A stretch of 64,000 nucleotides of DNA from Chrysomallon squamiferum (taxonomy: Eukaryota; Animalia; Mollusca): positions 27,714,001-27,778,000 of the forward strand of contig CM022677.1 of assembly GCA_012295275.1 (NCBI GenBank), written 5' to 3'. Every line of letters starts with the position of its first letter. Position 1 is the first letter of the stretch. Below are positions 41,143 through 56,550 of the stretch, one piece after another. The notes under the pieces were generated by a model. That model did no database searches. It saw only the letters and a list, made by a program, of their open reading frames with translations, and was not told the DNA's origin. Made by a program: the position numbers and the translations under genes.

Positions 41143-42387
41143 AACTTCTGTAAGAACCTCTCGCTGCCCGATCCACTCTGCAAACTGAAAAACGTATCAA
41201 AGAGATGAAGACTCTCAAACTCTCGTTTTTAAAGAGCAAAAACCGTAAAGAGAGATAATGAACCGCGGTTTGTCGTTTATCAAACCAAACGTATTGCGTC
41301 ATTAAAATTCCTGTCTTAATTGCGTCGATAAATTAAATACATTTTGTAGCGAACTCTTTCTAATTACAAAAAATAAAAAAATAAAAATAAAAAGTGTTTA
41401 AAATAAATTAAAATAAATAATAAGAATCAATGTGGTAAGAGAATTTACGCAGAATAAATGGAATTGAATATGAAACTCCTCTGATCAAAACAGCGAGCTT
41501 AATTTTGGTTTTTCTACGCAAATGATGAATGTGATGATATCGAGTTTGTTTTTACGACGGAAAAAAAGATGTTGTTATCGTTAATAGCGGAGATGTAAAA
41601 TGACGTGTATGTTTCACGTTTTAATACTATTAAAAGTAAAAAAAAAAAATGAAAAAATATTTAAATGAAATAATAATAATAATAAAAAAAAAATAAAAAT
41701 AAAAATAAAAAAAAAAAAAAAAAAAAATAATTAAAAATAATCTGTTTAAAAAAAGAAAGAAAGAAATAAACTAAAACAACAACAAAAAAAATGAAATAAA
41801 ATAATTAAAACAAAATAATAGATATTGGTATAATGTTTCTTCTAAATAACTATTATTTATATAACAAACATTATCATCGATGCATTTCATTTATTTAATT
41901 ATTTTTGTTTTATGTTTTATTTATCTCAGAATATGCTTAATCTATGAATAGAAGAAAAATATTAGTTTTAGTTTTAATTTCGCAGACATTATCAATCTTA
42001 AAAATACATTTGTCACTGATTAGTATTTTTGGAATTATCTCCGTATATGTATGTATTACAGATATACATCTATTTGAAAGACAAATACATCTGTTTAAAA
42101 TAACAAAAGAATGCAATTATTATTAGGTACTGTTTATATTAACGGTTGTTTGGTATAACAACAACAATGATAATAATGATAAAAATAACAACAACAATAA
42201 TACTGATGATGATAGCAACAATAACAACAACAAATATAACCACAACAACAACAACAATCAGAATGATGATAATGATAAACACAAAAACAATAACTGAGAT
42301 AATTAAACAGTATCAAGAATACAAATTATTGTTCTTGTTAAATGTAATTCAGTGAATACACACACACATACACACACACATACACAG

Positions 42388-42418
<31 letters not shown>

Positions 42419-42867
42419 CACACACACACACAGACACACACAGACACACACACAAACTCTCACACACAGTCACACACACACAGATGTACCGACACATACA
42501 TATACAACTGAAAAAAAAAAAAAAAAAAAAAAAAACAGAATAAAATAAATGAAATGAAAAAAAAAAAAAAAAAAAAAAATAAAATAAAATAAATGAAATA
42601 AAATTAAAAACGATAAATTAAAAAAAAAAAATAATAATAATACGCTACACATAATTATTTAAATTATTTAATTTTTTTGCCAACAAACTATTATTCCATC
42701 TGTGTGGAAAGAGACGGGCAATGAATAAATAGAAATTAAAAAATATGAATATTTACGAACTCAGCAAATGGTTTTTAAAGCAATTTCCATAAATATGTTA
42801 CATAACTGATTAAACTGCTAGCGTTTTGAGTTACTGTTGTGTCATGGTAACTTAGTATGCAGTGCAA

Positions 42868-42914
<47 letters not shown>

Positions 42915-43049
42915 TAATTTATTTATACATATATGTATTTGTTTGACTGTATATATGAACTGTGTGTGTGTGTGTGCGTGTATGTGTGTGTGAGTAATTT
43001 ATTTATACAGTATATGAACTATGTGTGTGTGTGTGTATCAGTGTGTGCG

Positions 43050-43148
<99 letters not shown>

Positions 43149-43404
43149 TCTACACTCACATATATACACATATATATACATATAAACTGATAGACAGATA
43201 TGAAAATTATGATAACAATAAATAAACTCAATCCAGAGCTGCACTCAGTTTTTATTATTATTTTTATTTGTTTGTTTGTTTTGTTGTTGTTGTGTTTAGT
43301 ATGTGTTGCAGCGGCTTGTGGTCACGTGATGTTTTTGCCTACGTGTACCCAGTTCGGAAACTGGAACAGAAATCCCACCCGTCTATTTGTTAACGTCTTT
43401 CAAG

Positions 43405-43501
43405 ATGAGGTTGTCTGTTTTAATAATCTTTTTATGCGTTTTGATTGTGGCTGAAATTGATTCAGGTAACTATTGTTTTTCACATTACTTTTTACAGCTG
43501 C

Positions 43502-43595
<94 letters not shown>

Positions 43596-43623
43596 GTCAT
43601 TATGATTATTATTATTATTATTG

Positions 43624-43683
<60 letters not shown>

Positions 43684-43921
43684 TAATTATTGTTGATGTT
43701 GTTGTTGCTGCTGTTGTCGTTGTTGTTGACTACTTATCTAAAAAAATAATTCCGTCCACTGTTTTTATATATATGCAGGCATGCATCTGTGTATGTGTAT
43801 GTATGTATATATATGTGTTTGCTTGTATATATTTATATTCGTGTATGTATGTTTATACATATTTATGCATTTATCATCCATCTATCTGTCTATCTGTATG
43901 TCTGTGTTTGTGTCTCTCTCT

Positions 43922-43988
<67 letters not shown>

Positions 43989-46955
43989 TATATATATATA
44001 TATTCGCTCAATATCTATAATCTAACTGTCTGTTTGTGTCTCTTTGCCTGCGAGTGTCGTCTTTATCTGTGTGCAAACGATGCAGCCATTATGACGTAAT
44101 CGGACAATAGGCTATGACGTAGACACAGTCCGCGTCGCCCTGACAACTAGAAACGCTGTGATTTTTTCAGACGCGGGTGCTTGGACGAGCTGGTATTTTG
44201 TCTCTGAGACAAGATGCATGAAGACGTGCTACAGGGGGTTTGTCATGGGACGGCTGTGTGAGGACGGGAAGACGTGTCTGGGAAAGCAGTATTCAAGCTA
44301 CTACGTCAACTGCACGGGAGACGAATGCAGCAACCCGCGGGGTCGGTTAATATAAGTTTAGAATTCTTTGTGTATGTTGTAGTGGAAAAAAAAAAAAACA
44401 ACAACAAATAAATAAATAAATAAAATAAAATAAATAAATAAATAAAAAAATGAAATAATAATAATAAAAAAAATAAAAAAAAATGAAAAAAAATAAAATA
44501 AATAAAATAAAATAAAAATAAAAAAATAATAAAAAAAATGAATAGTAATAATAAAAAACAAAAATACAAACCTGTGCAATATAAAGTTTTATTTTTTTTT
44601 ATTTAATTATTTTTTTATTATTATTTTATTTTTATTTTAGCTGTAATAATAATAAAAAAAGTATGCTTTAGTAATAGTGGTATTGGTAATAGTATGTATT
44701 GTGGTAGTAGTAATGATAATGGTACTAGTAGTGAATAGAACAGTAATAGTGATAATAGTCAGTATAAGTAGTAATAGTAGCATTGTTATTATTATTATTA
44801 GTAGTAGTAATAGTAGTACTAGAAGTAGTAATAGTAATAGTAATAGTAGCAAGGGAGATAGTAGTAGTAGTAGCAGTAGCAGTAGTAGTAGAAGTAGTGG
44901 TAGTCGTAAACCAAAAAAATGAAAGTTAAAGAAAATCACAAAAATAAAATGTTTAAACTTTACATTTTTAGTTCGCTACAACGGTAAGCTCTTGTCATTG
45001 TTTTTGTTGTTATTATTATTATAGACAAAAAAGTTATAACTTTTTAAAACAGCTGGATAAGACGTCATTATAACTTGTTAAAATACAGCTAGATAAGACG
45101 TCAATATAACTTGTTAAAATACAACTAGATAAGCCGTCAGAATAATGTATTAAAATACAGCTAGATAAGACATCAATATAACATTAAAATACAGCTAGAT
45201 AAGACGTCAGTATAACTTGTTAAAATACAGCTAGATAAGACGTAAATATAACTTGTTAAAATACAGCTAGATCAGACGTAATTATAACTTGTTAAAATAC
45301 AGCTAGATAAGACGTCAATATAACTTGTTAAAATACAACTAGATAAGCCGTCAGAATAATGTATTAAAATACAGCTAGATAAGACATCAATATAACATTA
45401 AAATACAGCTAGATAAGACGTCAGTATAACTTGTTAAAATATAGCTAGATAAGATGTCAATATAACTTGTTAAAATACAGCTAGATAAGACGTCAATATA
45501 ACTTGTTAAAATACAGCTAGATAAGACGTCATTATAACTTGTTAAAATACAGCTAGATAAGACGTCAATATAACTTGTTAAAATACAACTAGATAAGACG
45601 TCAATATAACTTGTTAAAATACAACTAGATAAGCCGTCAGAATAATGTATTAAAATACAGCTAGATAAGATGTCAATATAATTTGTTAAAATACAGCTAG
45701 ATAAGACGTCAATATAACTTGTTAAAATACAGCTAGATAAGACGTCAGTATAACTTGTTAAAATACAGCTAGATAAGACGTCAGTATAACTTGTTAAAAT
45801 ACAGCTAGACAAGACGTCAATATAACTTGTTAAAATACAGCTAGATCAGACGTCAGTATAACGTGTTAAAATACAGCTAGATCAGACGTCAGTATAACTT
45901 GTTAAAATACAACTAGATAAGCCGTCAGAATAATGTATTAAAATACAGCTAGATAAGATGTCAATATAATTTGTTAAAATACAGCTAGATAAGATGTCAA
46001 TATAACTTGTTAAAATACAGCTAGATAAGATGTCAATATAACTTGTTAAAATACAGCTAGATAAGACGTCAGTATAACTTGTTAAAATACAGCTAGACAA
46101 GACGTCAATATAACTTGTTAAAATACAGCTAGATAAGATGTCAATACAACTTGTTAAAATACAGCTAGACAAGACGTCAATATAACTTGTTAAAATACAG
46201 CTAGATAAGATGTCAATATAACTTGTTAAAATACAGCTAGATCAGACGTCAGTATAACGTGTTAAAATAAGCTAATATAATATAGCTTTAGTGAACATTA
46301 TAGCTTATTAAAATACTTGACATGATTGCAGTGTCTGACAGAAAGGCAAAACGGTTAGTGTTTTATGAAGGAGACTAACGAGAAAACGAAAAAAAAAAGA
46401 GAATTCTGTTCTATTTTGACCTTACCAATGTGAATAAATAACTTATATCCACGTGTGAATAACAAATATACTCACGTGTGAATGACTAATATGTAATCAC
46501 GTGTCAGTAGTTAATAATACTCTCATGTGTAAATATAAAATAAAATAAATGTATTCTTACGTATAAGCAACTAATATATTCTCCTGTGCGAAAAAAAATT
46601 ATATATATATAATAATATATATATATATATATATAATAACATCTTATCTTTTGTGAATAATAATTTTTATTTTCCTGTGCGAAATAAAAAAGTAACATAT
46701 TATCTTCTGTGAAAATTTTTGTTTTGTTTTATTATCCTGTGTGAATCACTAATGTATTATCTGGTTTTTGGTTTTTTTTTTTTTCCTGGTTCACTTAAGG
46801 GGACTGGGAGCGCTGGGTGAACGTTTCTTACCCGCAGGACTGTAACCAGGAGTGCGTGGGAATCATGAGGCACAGTCGAGTCTGTGTACCGAAGAACTCC
46901 TGCGAAGGTCTGTTTAAATGGAAGGAAACGATTAAATGCACAGACTGCAATTTTC
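43405..46955 (+). CDS. Small secreted protein with two TSP1-like 6-Cys domains (paralog A); last exon uncertain
   Basis: Phase-1 exons: 43405-43465 MRLSVLIIFLCVLIVAEIDS; 44171-44341 AWTSWYFVSETRCMKTCYRGFVMGRLCEDGKTCLG...NCTGDEC; candidate 12-nt exon 44972-44983; 46800-46955 DWERWVNVSYPQDCNQECVGIMRHSRVCVPKNSCEG...KCTDC. Candidate terminal exons at 47756 or 48009. Confidence 0.8.
45030..46270. repeat. 36-bp intronic minisatellite (AACTTGTTAAAATACAGCTAGATAAGACGTCAATAT)n
   Basis: About 34 tandem copies with no spacers. Confidence 0.95.
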
Positions 46956-47170
46956 GTGAGTATTCTTCATCTGTTTTTTTCTCATGAATTTTTTTTTTTT
47001 TTGTTCTCTTCTTACTTTTCATCATCTTCTTCGTCACCATCTTCATGTGCTTTATTTTCTGGGTTTTTTTTTTTTTTTTATTTCTTCTTTTTCTTCGAAC
47101 TGTTTTTCGAGCCATAACTAGCTGTTCTCACTACTTCTGTTCTTTCTTTCTTTCTTTCTTTCTTTCTCTC

Positions 47171-47246
<76 letters not shown>

Positions 47247-47267
47247 GTCTGTCTCTGACTCTATCTT

Positions 47268-47303
<36 letters not shown>

Positions 47304-47344
47304 TCTCTCAATCTCTCTCTCTTCTCTCTCTCTCTCTCTGTCTG

Positions 47345-47407
<63 letters not shown>

Positions 47408-47434
47408 GTCTCTCTCTGTCTCTGTCTCTATCTT

Positions 47435-47465
<31 letters not shown>

Positions 47466-47480
47466 TTCTCTCTCTCTCAA

Positions 47481-47512
<32 letters not shown>

Positions 47513-47544
47513 TGTCTGTCTCTGTCTCTGTCTCTATCATTCAT

Positions 47545-47583
<39 letters not shown>

Positions 47584-47592
47584 TCTCTCTCT

Positions 47593-47628
<36 letters not shown>

Positions 47629-47667
47629 GTCTATCTCTCTATCTTTTTCTCTCTCTCTCTCTCTGTT

Positions 47668-47706
<39 letters not shown>

Positions 47707-47894
47707 ACACACAACCAAATATATTATACTTTTATGATGTATACCTGTGTTTTAGGTTGAACTGCTGTGATGGTAATTTAAGATATAAATTGTAATATAC
47801 CCAAATAATTAAATAAATGTTCGTTTCCAAGAAATTGTGTTTTCGCTTTTTGTTTCATTTTCTTCTTGTATAGTATGTGTGTGTGTGTGTGTGT

Positions 47895-47976
<82 letters not shown>

Positions 47977-48119
47977 ATTTATATCTGTGTATCTGTTTTT
48001 AAATTTAGAGCTGGAAGATGCCAACAGATATATTTTAGAAGTGAACAAACTGAGAGCAACAAAGAACCCCTTCAAAAATAGTATTAGTACTGAATAAATC
48101 AATAAATGTGTGTGTGTGC

Positions 48120-48166
<47 letters not shown>

Positions 48167-48183
48167 ATTCATATATATATATA

Positions 48184-49398
48184 TACTGCTCAAAAGCAGT
48201 TACGAGTGAAAATAACTTTTTGATCATTTTTCGATGCATATTTTTTGGTGGGTGGCCAGATAGGATTAGAATATTAACCTTCGTCTTGTTATTTAGACTA
48301 AAGACGTCACATTTAGGTTAAGCGGGATGAAATCATTGCTCTTAACGTTTTAATTTAAGCCAGATTTCGTTTTCATGGATTTTAAAAAAAACAAAACAAA
48401 GTCAGATTAAACTGACAACCTGCCTCGTTACAACCACTGTGACGCTTCGAGCACCATCAACACGTGTTAAGCATGAGTTCAATTCAGTGCACGCCAGTTT
48501 TAGCAACAAAAGGGATGATCATTTTCCTTTCATCATCATCAATTTAAATGAAGATGGTTCGGCGACAATTCCGTTTGCACGACAGGGGTATTCGCTGGCT
48601 ACAAGATGGACACACACTCAAAGATCTGTGGTTGACCAACCAAATGTAAGCCAAAGTGTTTATCGTGTAGATTTTGTAAGAGGTTCGTGATGACTAATTC
48701 TATTCAGAACTGCTCCTGTTCTGGAAGATCACGATTAACAATAGCACGAGAAGACCGTGTCCTGATGTTACAGGCATTGCACGAGCGTTTTGTGACATTG
48801 CTCAGTGTTTCCACGATCAACTCAGGTTTTGCTACAGGCAACAGTTTGTCTGACCCGACAATTGGGAATCATCAGCGAGAGCAACGTTTGCGAAATCAGC
48901 GTCCTGTGCTGGGACAACATCTACCTGCACGTCGGACAAGGGCTCGCCTTCATTGGTGTTGACGTCGTATGCGTGGGACCGTGGTCAGTGAACCGAGACA
49001 TTTTTCACAGACGAGTCACGGTGTTTGTTCCAGTTCAGTAATTGCCGGGGCACATGTTTGCCGTCGTCAAGGAGAAAGATGGTCTTATGTTAACGTTCTT
49101 CAACATCTACTGTTTGGAGGAGGAAGTGTAATGGTATAGACAGGCATATCCATTGATCAGAGAACCCCTCTGTACAGCATTAATGGAAATTTGAACGATC
49201 AGCTTATGTCAACGAGATTGTTCAACCTTTCCATTTCGGTAGTAAACCAGTTTCCAAGCAAAGGTTTTACTGTTTTGTGTTTTCTATTTCTTGAGACATC
49301 AAATAAATAACCTGTAAATTAGTTGTTACAATGTCAGTATATTAGCTGATTTGCATTTGCACAAATATGTCTGAACCCTTAACTTCTTTCGAGTAGTA
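48184..49398 (+). mobile_element. Decayed, internally deleted Tc1-family DNA transposon
   Basis: Imperfect TIRs TACTGCTCAAAAGCAGTTACGAGT versus reverse-complement TACTACTCGAAAGAAGTTAAGGGT in TA context. Transposase fragments SGRSRLTIAREDRVL..ALHERFVT, RARLHWC, IFTDESR, FGGGSVMV*TGIS...INGNLN; second half of the DDE domain missing. Confidence 0.88.
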
Positions 49399-50741
49399 TA
49401 TAATTCTCTTAATTACGAGCAGCGGAAAATAGTAACAAAAGTTACTGTAACTTATAGTCTGGGTGGGGAATATACGTGACGTACAACGCTAGAGAAACAG
49501 TTTTAGTGGGACTTACCGAACATCGAGGACGATTTCTGCTTCAACGCAGGGAAAACGAGACGTTTCTGTGACGTTTCTGTGACGTATCTTGTGAGTCGTA
49601 CGGCGATATTAAGATATTTCTCAACGAACGGTCGGAACGTTTTGAAGGAAGAAATGAAATGTTTGTGTTCGTATTTTTTGTACGTGTTTCTTCATTGGTA
49701 ATCGTTCTAACGGTTTTGATCACCTTGTTGTCGGCTCGGTGTGGATTCTTGAAGCATTCGCTGATAGATAAATGTAGAGAGGGTAATTCAATAACAACTA
49801 AAATATCGGCTCAATCGAGGCGTTAATTTTTGGTAACTTCAATTACGTCCGTGCTCTCGGTTTTTTTCGAGTTAACGAGAATAAAATATTAATTAATACG
49901 AATTTTTATTTTTAATGAAAATTCTGAATATTTGAATTAGGTTTATCGTTTTCTTCAACGTAAGAAGTTGTAACAAAAGCAGCAGCGGCAACAGCAGCTA
50001 CAACAACAACAGTAATAAAAGATGACGTCATTTAGAATCAGGGAAGTTTTTCTAAGTTATTGTTCAACACTCTGTAATGACTTTACTATTATCTCTACAC
50101 AGAAACCAGCGTAACAGATAATCCGTAATTTTATCTGAGTACTTTATCCTTATGAAAGATTGATCACAATAATAATTTATAAAAAAACAAAGTATTTGAA
50201 CTAACCAAAAAATTATAGCGATCGTATAATTGTCATTAATGTATTTTAACACTATTTTGAATGTTTCTAAATTTTCACTCGTCGTTAACTTGATTTATAG
50301 TTTGTGAAAGTATTTAAACTGCCAAAGAATGATTACGCTCATACAGTTATCGTCAATTTATTACAACAGTATTTCGATACATTTGTATTTTTTCAATTGA
50401 TTATTTTAATTTTTTTTTTTTTTCACAGAAAATTGTCGGTGTATAAAAAAAAAAAATAAATAAAGCATAAAGTATGATTCAAACAGAAATAAAAGACTTA
50501 ATAAAAATATTTCCATACGTACATAATACAAGTGTCATTTACGTTCTCGCATAAAACATTATATTTAACGTAAACATTACGTTATGCGAAAACAAATTGT
50601 TCATAATTTTAACAAAACAATCGTATATTTTTATTTATTCGTTACCGTAATAAAATTTAAAAAAAAAAATGAAAAGTTTATCAAAACATTTTAAATTATT
50701 TATTCTTACTTAATATTCTCTCATCGTCCCTATTATCGCTC

Positions 50742-50949
<208 letters not shown>

Positions 50950-51028
50950 CTGTCTGTCTGTCTCTCTCTCTTTCTCTGTCTCTGTCTCTGTCTGTCTGTC
51001 TGTCTCTCTCTCTCTGTCTTTCTCTGTC

Positions 51029-51098
<70 letters not shown>

Positions 51099-52103
51099 CA
51101 CCATCAGTAAATAAAATAAACAAAAAACAGAAACAAAAAAAATAAAAAGAACAACAGAAACAAAGAAAGAAAGAAAAAGAAAAAAATAACCTACGAACTC
51201 AAACAGACTAAATAAACAAATACTTAAACACGATTAAATGATGAACAAATATTTAATGAAACAAGACATTTTCTCAGTACAGACAAGAATCTGACAGAAA
51301 CGCCCGAGGGATGTACGAAACAAGCCGTCACTTCCACATCAGCAGGATGAAGTCAATTATTCTAAAAGCGTAAACAAACTAATTAACAAGATCAGCAAAC
51401 AATTAATTAATATTAAGTATGAATATACGTAATTCACCAGTACTGTATCTCTAATAACGATTCAACTACTACGGTTGCTGCTGCTACAACAACAACAATA
51501 ACAACAACTACAACTACTAGTACTACTACTACTACTACTACTACTATTACAGCTGATGCTGATGATGCTGCTAGCAATTCAACTAATACTAAGATACTAC
51601 GAATAATACTATTCATACTATTACTAAATCTACTGCGATTTATTAATTCTAATACTACTACCACTACTATTACTACTTAACTACTATTACTATTTACACT
51701 ACTACTACTACTACTGCTACTGCTGTTGTATTAACTATTATTGGTGCTAATGCGTCTACTTAGTGTTTAGTATTGCTACAGTAAGAATAACAACACAAAT
51801 AACAACTACTACTCGTTCAGTATTACAGTTACTATCATTACTACTACTACAGCAGCTATTACTACTACTACTACTACTATTAATATTATAGTTAATACTG
51901 TTAGTACTATTACTACTAGTACTACTACCACTAGTACTACTATTACTGCTACTACTACTACTACTACTTCTACTACTATTATTACTACCATGTCTACGAC
52001 TACTACTTTTACTAATACTATTACTACTACAACTATTACTAATAGTAGTAGTAATAATAATAATAATAATAATAAAAACAGTCATAAAAAAAAAAACACT
52101 CAC

Positions 52104-53339
52104 CTAATTCCATTTTCTTTGTTTTTTCTGAAAATATATAAATATAAAAAAATAAAAATAAAAAATAAAAATTCTTAAGAAATATGTCTCAGTTAACAGC
52201 TACAGCATCAAGAACTACTACTACTACTACAACCAAAACAACTACGACATCTATAGGCTATACTGTAAACATGAATATAAATAATTAAAAATGTGGTTAA
52301 ATTTACTTTACTATCAGTGCTAGTAACTTCAGTACTCCTACTGTTACTAATACTACTACTACTATCACTGCTACTACTACCACTGCTACATCTACTACTG
52401 CTACTACTACTATGATTACTACTACTATTGCTACTACTGTCAATAACACCATTACAACTATTACTAGTACTACTTATATCACTATAATATTACTACTACT
52501 ACTATTATCGCTCTACAACCACTGCTGCAAGTACTGCAGCTACTACTACCACTATTACTACTACTACTACTACAACTATTACTACTACTACTACTATAAC
52601 TATTACTACTACTGCTACTATTACTACTTCTATTAATAATACCACTAAACTATATTACTCCTGCTACTACAACTACTACCATCACAACTATCATCATACA
52701 GTTACTACTATTACTACTACTACTACTACAACTACTACCATCACAACTATCATCATACAGTTACTACTACTATTACTACTACTATTACTACTACTACTAC
52801 AACTACTACCATCACAACTATCATCATACAGTTACTACTACTATTACTACTACTACTACTACTACAACTACTATCACAACTATCATCATACAGTTACTAC
52901 TACTATTACTACTACTACTACTACAACTACTACCATCACAACTATCATCATACAGTTACTACTACTATTACTACTACTACTACTACAACTACTACCATCA
53001 CAACTATCATCATACAGTTACTACTAGTACTGTTACTACTACTACTGTTACTACTACTACTGCTACTACTACTACAACTACTACTGCAACAACTACTACT
53101 ACTACGACTATCAGCTGATCGATATTTAAAAACATACACGAATTGCATTTGCCCGAATCACACTTTTTTGAAGATATCTTTTACTTCAGGTTCTGCGCAT
53201 CTTTCTTGTAAATCGCAGTGTCTGGTGAACATCGTCTTTTGCATACAAGTGTCGTCTTCTTCACATTTTTAAGAACCGTACAGGTTCCAACGCGACCAAC
53301 CGGCCTGCGCTGAAACACCGGTCACGTGATCGCATTGGA

Positions 53340-53370
<31 letters not shown>

Positions 53371-54017
53371 AGTGTGTATGTGAATAGAATGTATGTGTGT
53401 GTTTATGTCTGTATGTGTGATATATATGTATGTATGTATGTATGTATGTGTATGTGTTTGTTTAGTGTATATTTGCAAGGATATATATATATATATATAT
53501 CTAGTTCAGTAGTATGTATGTGTGTGAGTAACTGTATATGCAAGGTTTTCTATTTCTGCTATGTGATTGTGTGTGTGCGTGTATGCGTGAATTCGTTTGC
53601 GACAGTGATAATGTGTTTACATTATAACAAATAAATACACAAGCAAATGACAGAATCAATAAATAAACAGCAGCAACACAAACAGAATAAAAACAGATAC
53701 ATAGATAGGTGGATAGACAGAAACTCAGATAGACATAATTAGATGAAAATGCATACATGCGTGCGCGTGTGTGTGTATGTGTGTGTGTACCTGTGTGTGT
53801 ATAGATTGATAGGTAAGTAGATAGACAAATTGCCAGACAGATAGATAGATAGATGATAGATAAACAGATGTACAGAGGGAAAGATAAATACCATAGATAG
53901 TGAATAAATAAATTAATTAAAGACAATAAAGTCAAAAGAATATCTGAACAACAGAAACGATTTCGTGTACATACTAACAGCCAGAGTACAAAGAAGAAGA
54001 TGATTTAAAATTCTCGT
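52104..54017 (-). pseudogene. TSP1-like paralog B pseudogene
   Basis: Exon 53975-54017 matches paralog C exon 1 but has ACG in place of ATG; exon 53138-53309 QAGWSRWNLYGS*KCEEDDTCMQKTMFTRHCDLQERCAEPEVKDIFKK/CDSGKCNS has a stop and a frameshift; 24-nt exon 52104-52127. Confidence 0.82.
52670..53020. repeat. ~60-bp variable tandem repeat (ACAACTACTACCATCACAACTATCATCATACAGTTACT...)
   Basis: About 6 copies with variable (ACT)n length. Confidence 0.85.
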
Positions 54018-56275
54018 TACAGAAGAAATGTTGAAGTCATCCACGACAAGAATACCATCTGAGAAGATGTCTCTGCAGCTGCACACACTAGTGGTGTCGT
54101 CGTAGTAGTTTCTAATCGGTCAGAGAATTCACGACTTATGAATTCTAATCGATAGAACATCTTTATGTATGACCCGTGCTCAGTTATTATAAGTCAACAG
54201 ATAAAAACCACTTATCGTGTTTCAAGAGGCCAAGTACTTTGTAGTAACAACAAAGTGAAGTATGGAAATCAACGACGTTATTTTTACTACTACCACTACT
54301 AATACTAATACTACTACTGCTGCTGCTACTATTGCAACAACAACGAGTACTACTACTGCTGCAATAACAACAACAACAACAACTACTACTACTACTACTA
54401 CAACTGCAACTACTGCTACAACTACTACTACTGATACTACTACTACTATTACTAGTACTACTGCTGCTGCTGCTGCTACTACTACTACAACTACTTCTAC
54501 TGTATTCACTTCGTGTGTGAATGAGAGTGTGTATGTGTATGAGTGTGCGTGCGTGTATTTGCGTATGTGTGTTTATAATGAAATGTGTCTTACTGGTTTT
54601 GATTATCTCTGCGTATGTGTGAAAATTGTGTATGTATGCGTTTGTGTGTCTGTGTCTGTGTGTGTGTATGTATCTGTGTGGATGCGGGTGACCATAAGCA
54701 CATGCCCTGATAATTAAATGTAACGTTCATATGTGATAAATATAGTATAAAATAATTATTTATTGATTCAGTTATTCACGTGATGTTTGACTGAATTTGT
54801 AACAAATGGAGGTGAACAGAGATTTCTTTGAATTGTTTCGTAATTCATTTACAGGCTTTTATTAATTATTGTAAAAAAACAACTGGGATTTATGAGTCTG
54901 TTTATGAATGCTAGGTAAAAGACATATGATTAGCAATTGACTGCGTTATTATTATTATTATTATAAGGTGTGTGGGACGTGTAGCAAACGGGAGGATACC
55001 AAACACAGAAATGCTGCAACTTTGACGTTCTGCAGGTCACGTGATCTATGACGTGACCAGCAGACCGCTGGAAACTCATTAAAAGAAGCGAGCTACGTCA
55101 ACGATACTGAATTGAAATTACTCGCTCGTGCAAAGGTGCTAAAGCGCCATCTGGATTTTATGTCAGAAAAAAAAAAAAATTATAAAGTTGAAATTGGTTT
55201 TGAAAATAAATGGAATATGTCAGAAACTCGGTTTACTAATTCAGCTGCAAGAGAATAAAAATTTAAATTAGTAACTAATGTACGCGATTTTTTTTTTGAT
55301 TTTTTTTTTTAATCAAAATGATTAATCATAATAAAGGAAACTTTATAATTACAAGAGAAAATACGTAATAAATGAAATTGAAAGGAAATATGTAAAAATA
55401 ACAGAGATGATGACGATTGTTTTTGTTTTTTTTATCAAAAATGTAAAATATTATTCACTTACATATTCGATGCATTTACTTTTCATGATCATAAATCATC
55501 ATAAAAAAAAAAAAAATTGCTGGGCTATGAATGTAAATTGAAAGAAAACAATCATAATAATAACGAAAAAAAAAAAAAAAAAAAAATTATCAGACATAAA
55601 TTATAAACATAGTTTACTATGTTTCAGAAAATTCTTTTTTAAAAATAATAAAAAAATATGATTTAGAAAAAAGTCAGTGCAGAAAGTTAATTGTCAGAGA
55701 TAAAGAGCACAATTCAGACAGTTTTATACATTTATTACAGTTCACTTTGCAGCTACTAATCTTCACAATCGACAGCGAAAGGACGCGAAAAATGATGAAA
55801 GATAAATAAAAGCGAACGCTTCATTGCAAGCGATGGTTATCCTCGTTTACTCAGCAAACCTGTCGTTTGAGGTTGTCGTGAATGAATACAGAGAACCGCA
55901 TCTGACGAGGTTTGTGTGAGGTCGTGATTGGACTTTGTCCTCCTGCGCCAGTGCGTTCAGGAATATTGTCTACGTGCAGAGTCTATTCAGACGTACGTAA
56001 GACAGAGAATATTCATAAATAAAAAAAAAACACACTAACAAATACGTACAAACATGTACATATATATATATATATATGTGTGTGTGTGGAGTGCCGCATT
56101 TGACATTTGTGAGGTCGTGATTGGACTTTGTCCTGTGCCAGTTTATTCTTGAATAGTGTCTACGTGCAGTGTCTAATCAGACGCAAATAAGACAGAGAAT
56201 ATTCAAAATCCTAAAGTGCATACAAACAAACAAACAAGCCTATATACATAAATACATACATAAATACATAAATAC

Positions 56276-56310
<35 letters not shown>

Positions 56311-56316
56311 TACATA

Positions 56317-56550
56317 CAGGGTAGCCCAAAAGTAGGTTTACAGTTATTGAGCTATCGTTTTATATGCTTGAATTTACTTGCACTGTGTGTCAAAGCGTCC
56401 TGGAGAGGTTTGAAGAATGTTGCAATGTTGAATGGGGACATTTTGAGCATCTGGGAGTTTAAACAGTTTCTGTTTAATGCTTGAAACACGCTTGAATTTT
56501 AAAATAAACTGCCTACGTAATAACTGTAAACCTACTTTTGGGCCACCCTG
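56317..56550. mobile_element. Tc1/mariner-type MITE (234 bp)
   Basis: 32-bp TIRs CAGGGTAGCCCAAAAGTAGGTTTACAGTTATT / AATAACTGTAAACCTACTTTTGGGCCACCCTG (1 mismatch), flanked by TA on both sides. Confidence 0.92.

Noticed and set aside
45030-46270. 36-bp repeats resembling a CRISPR array or a coding SSCILTSYIDVL repeat
   Set aside because: Units are directly adjacent with no unique spacers, there are no cas genes, and the array is in a eukaryotic intron.
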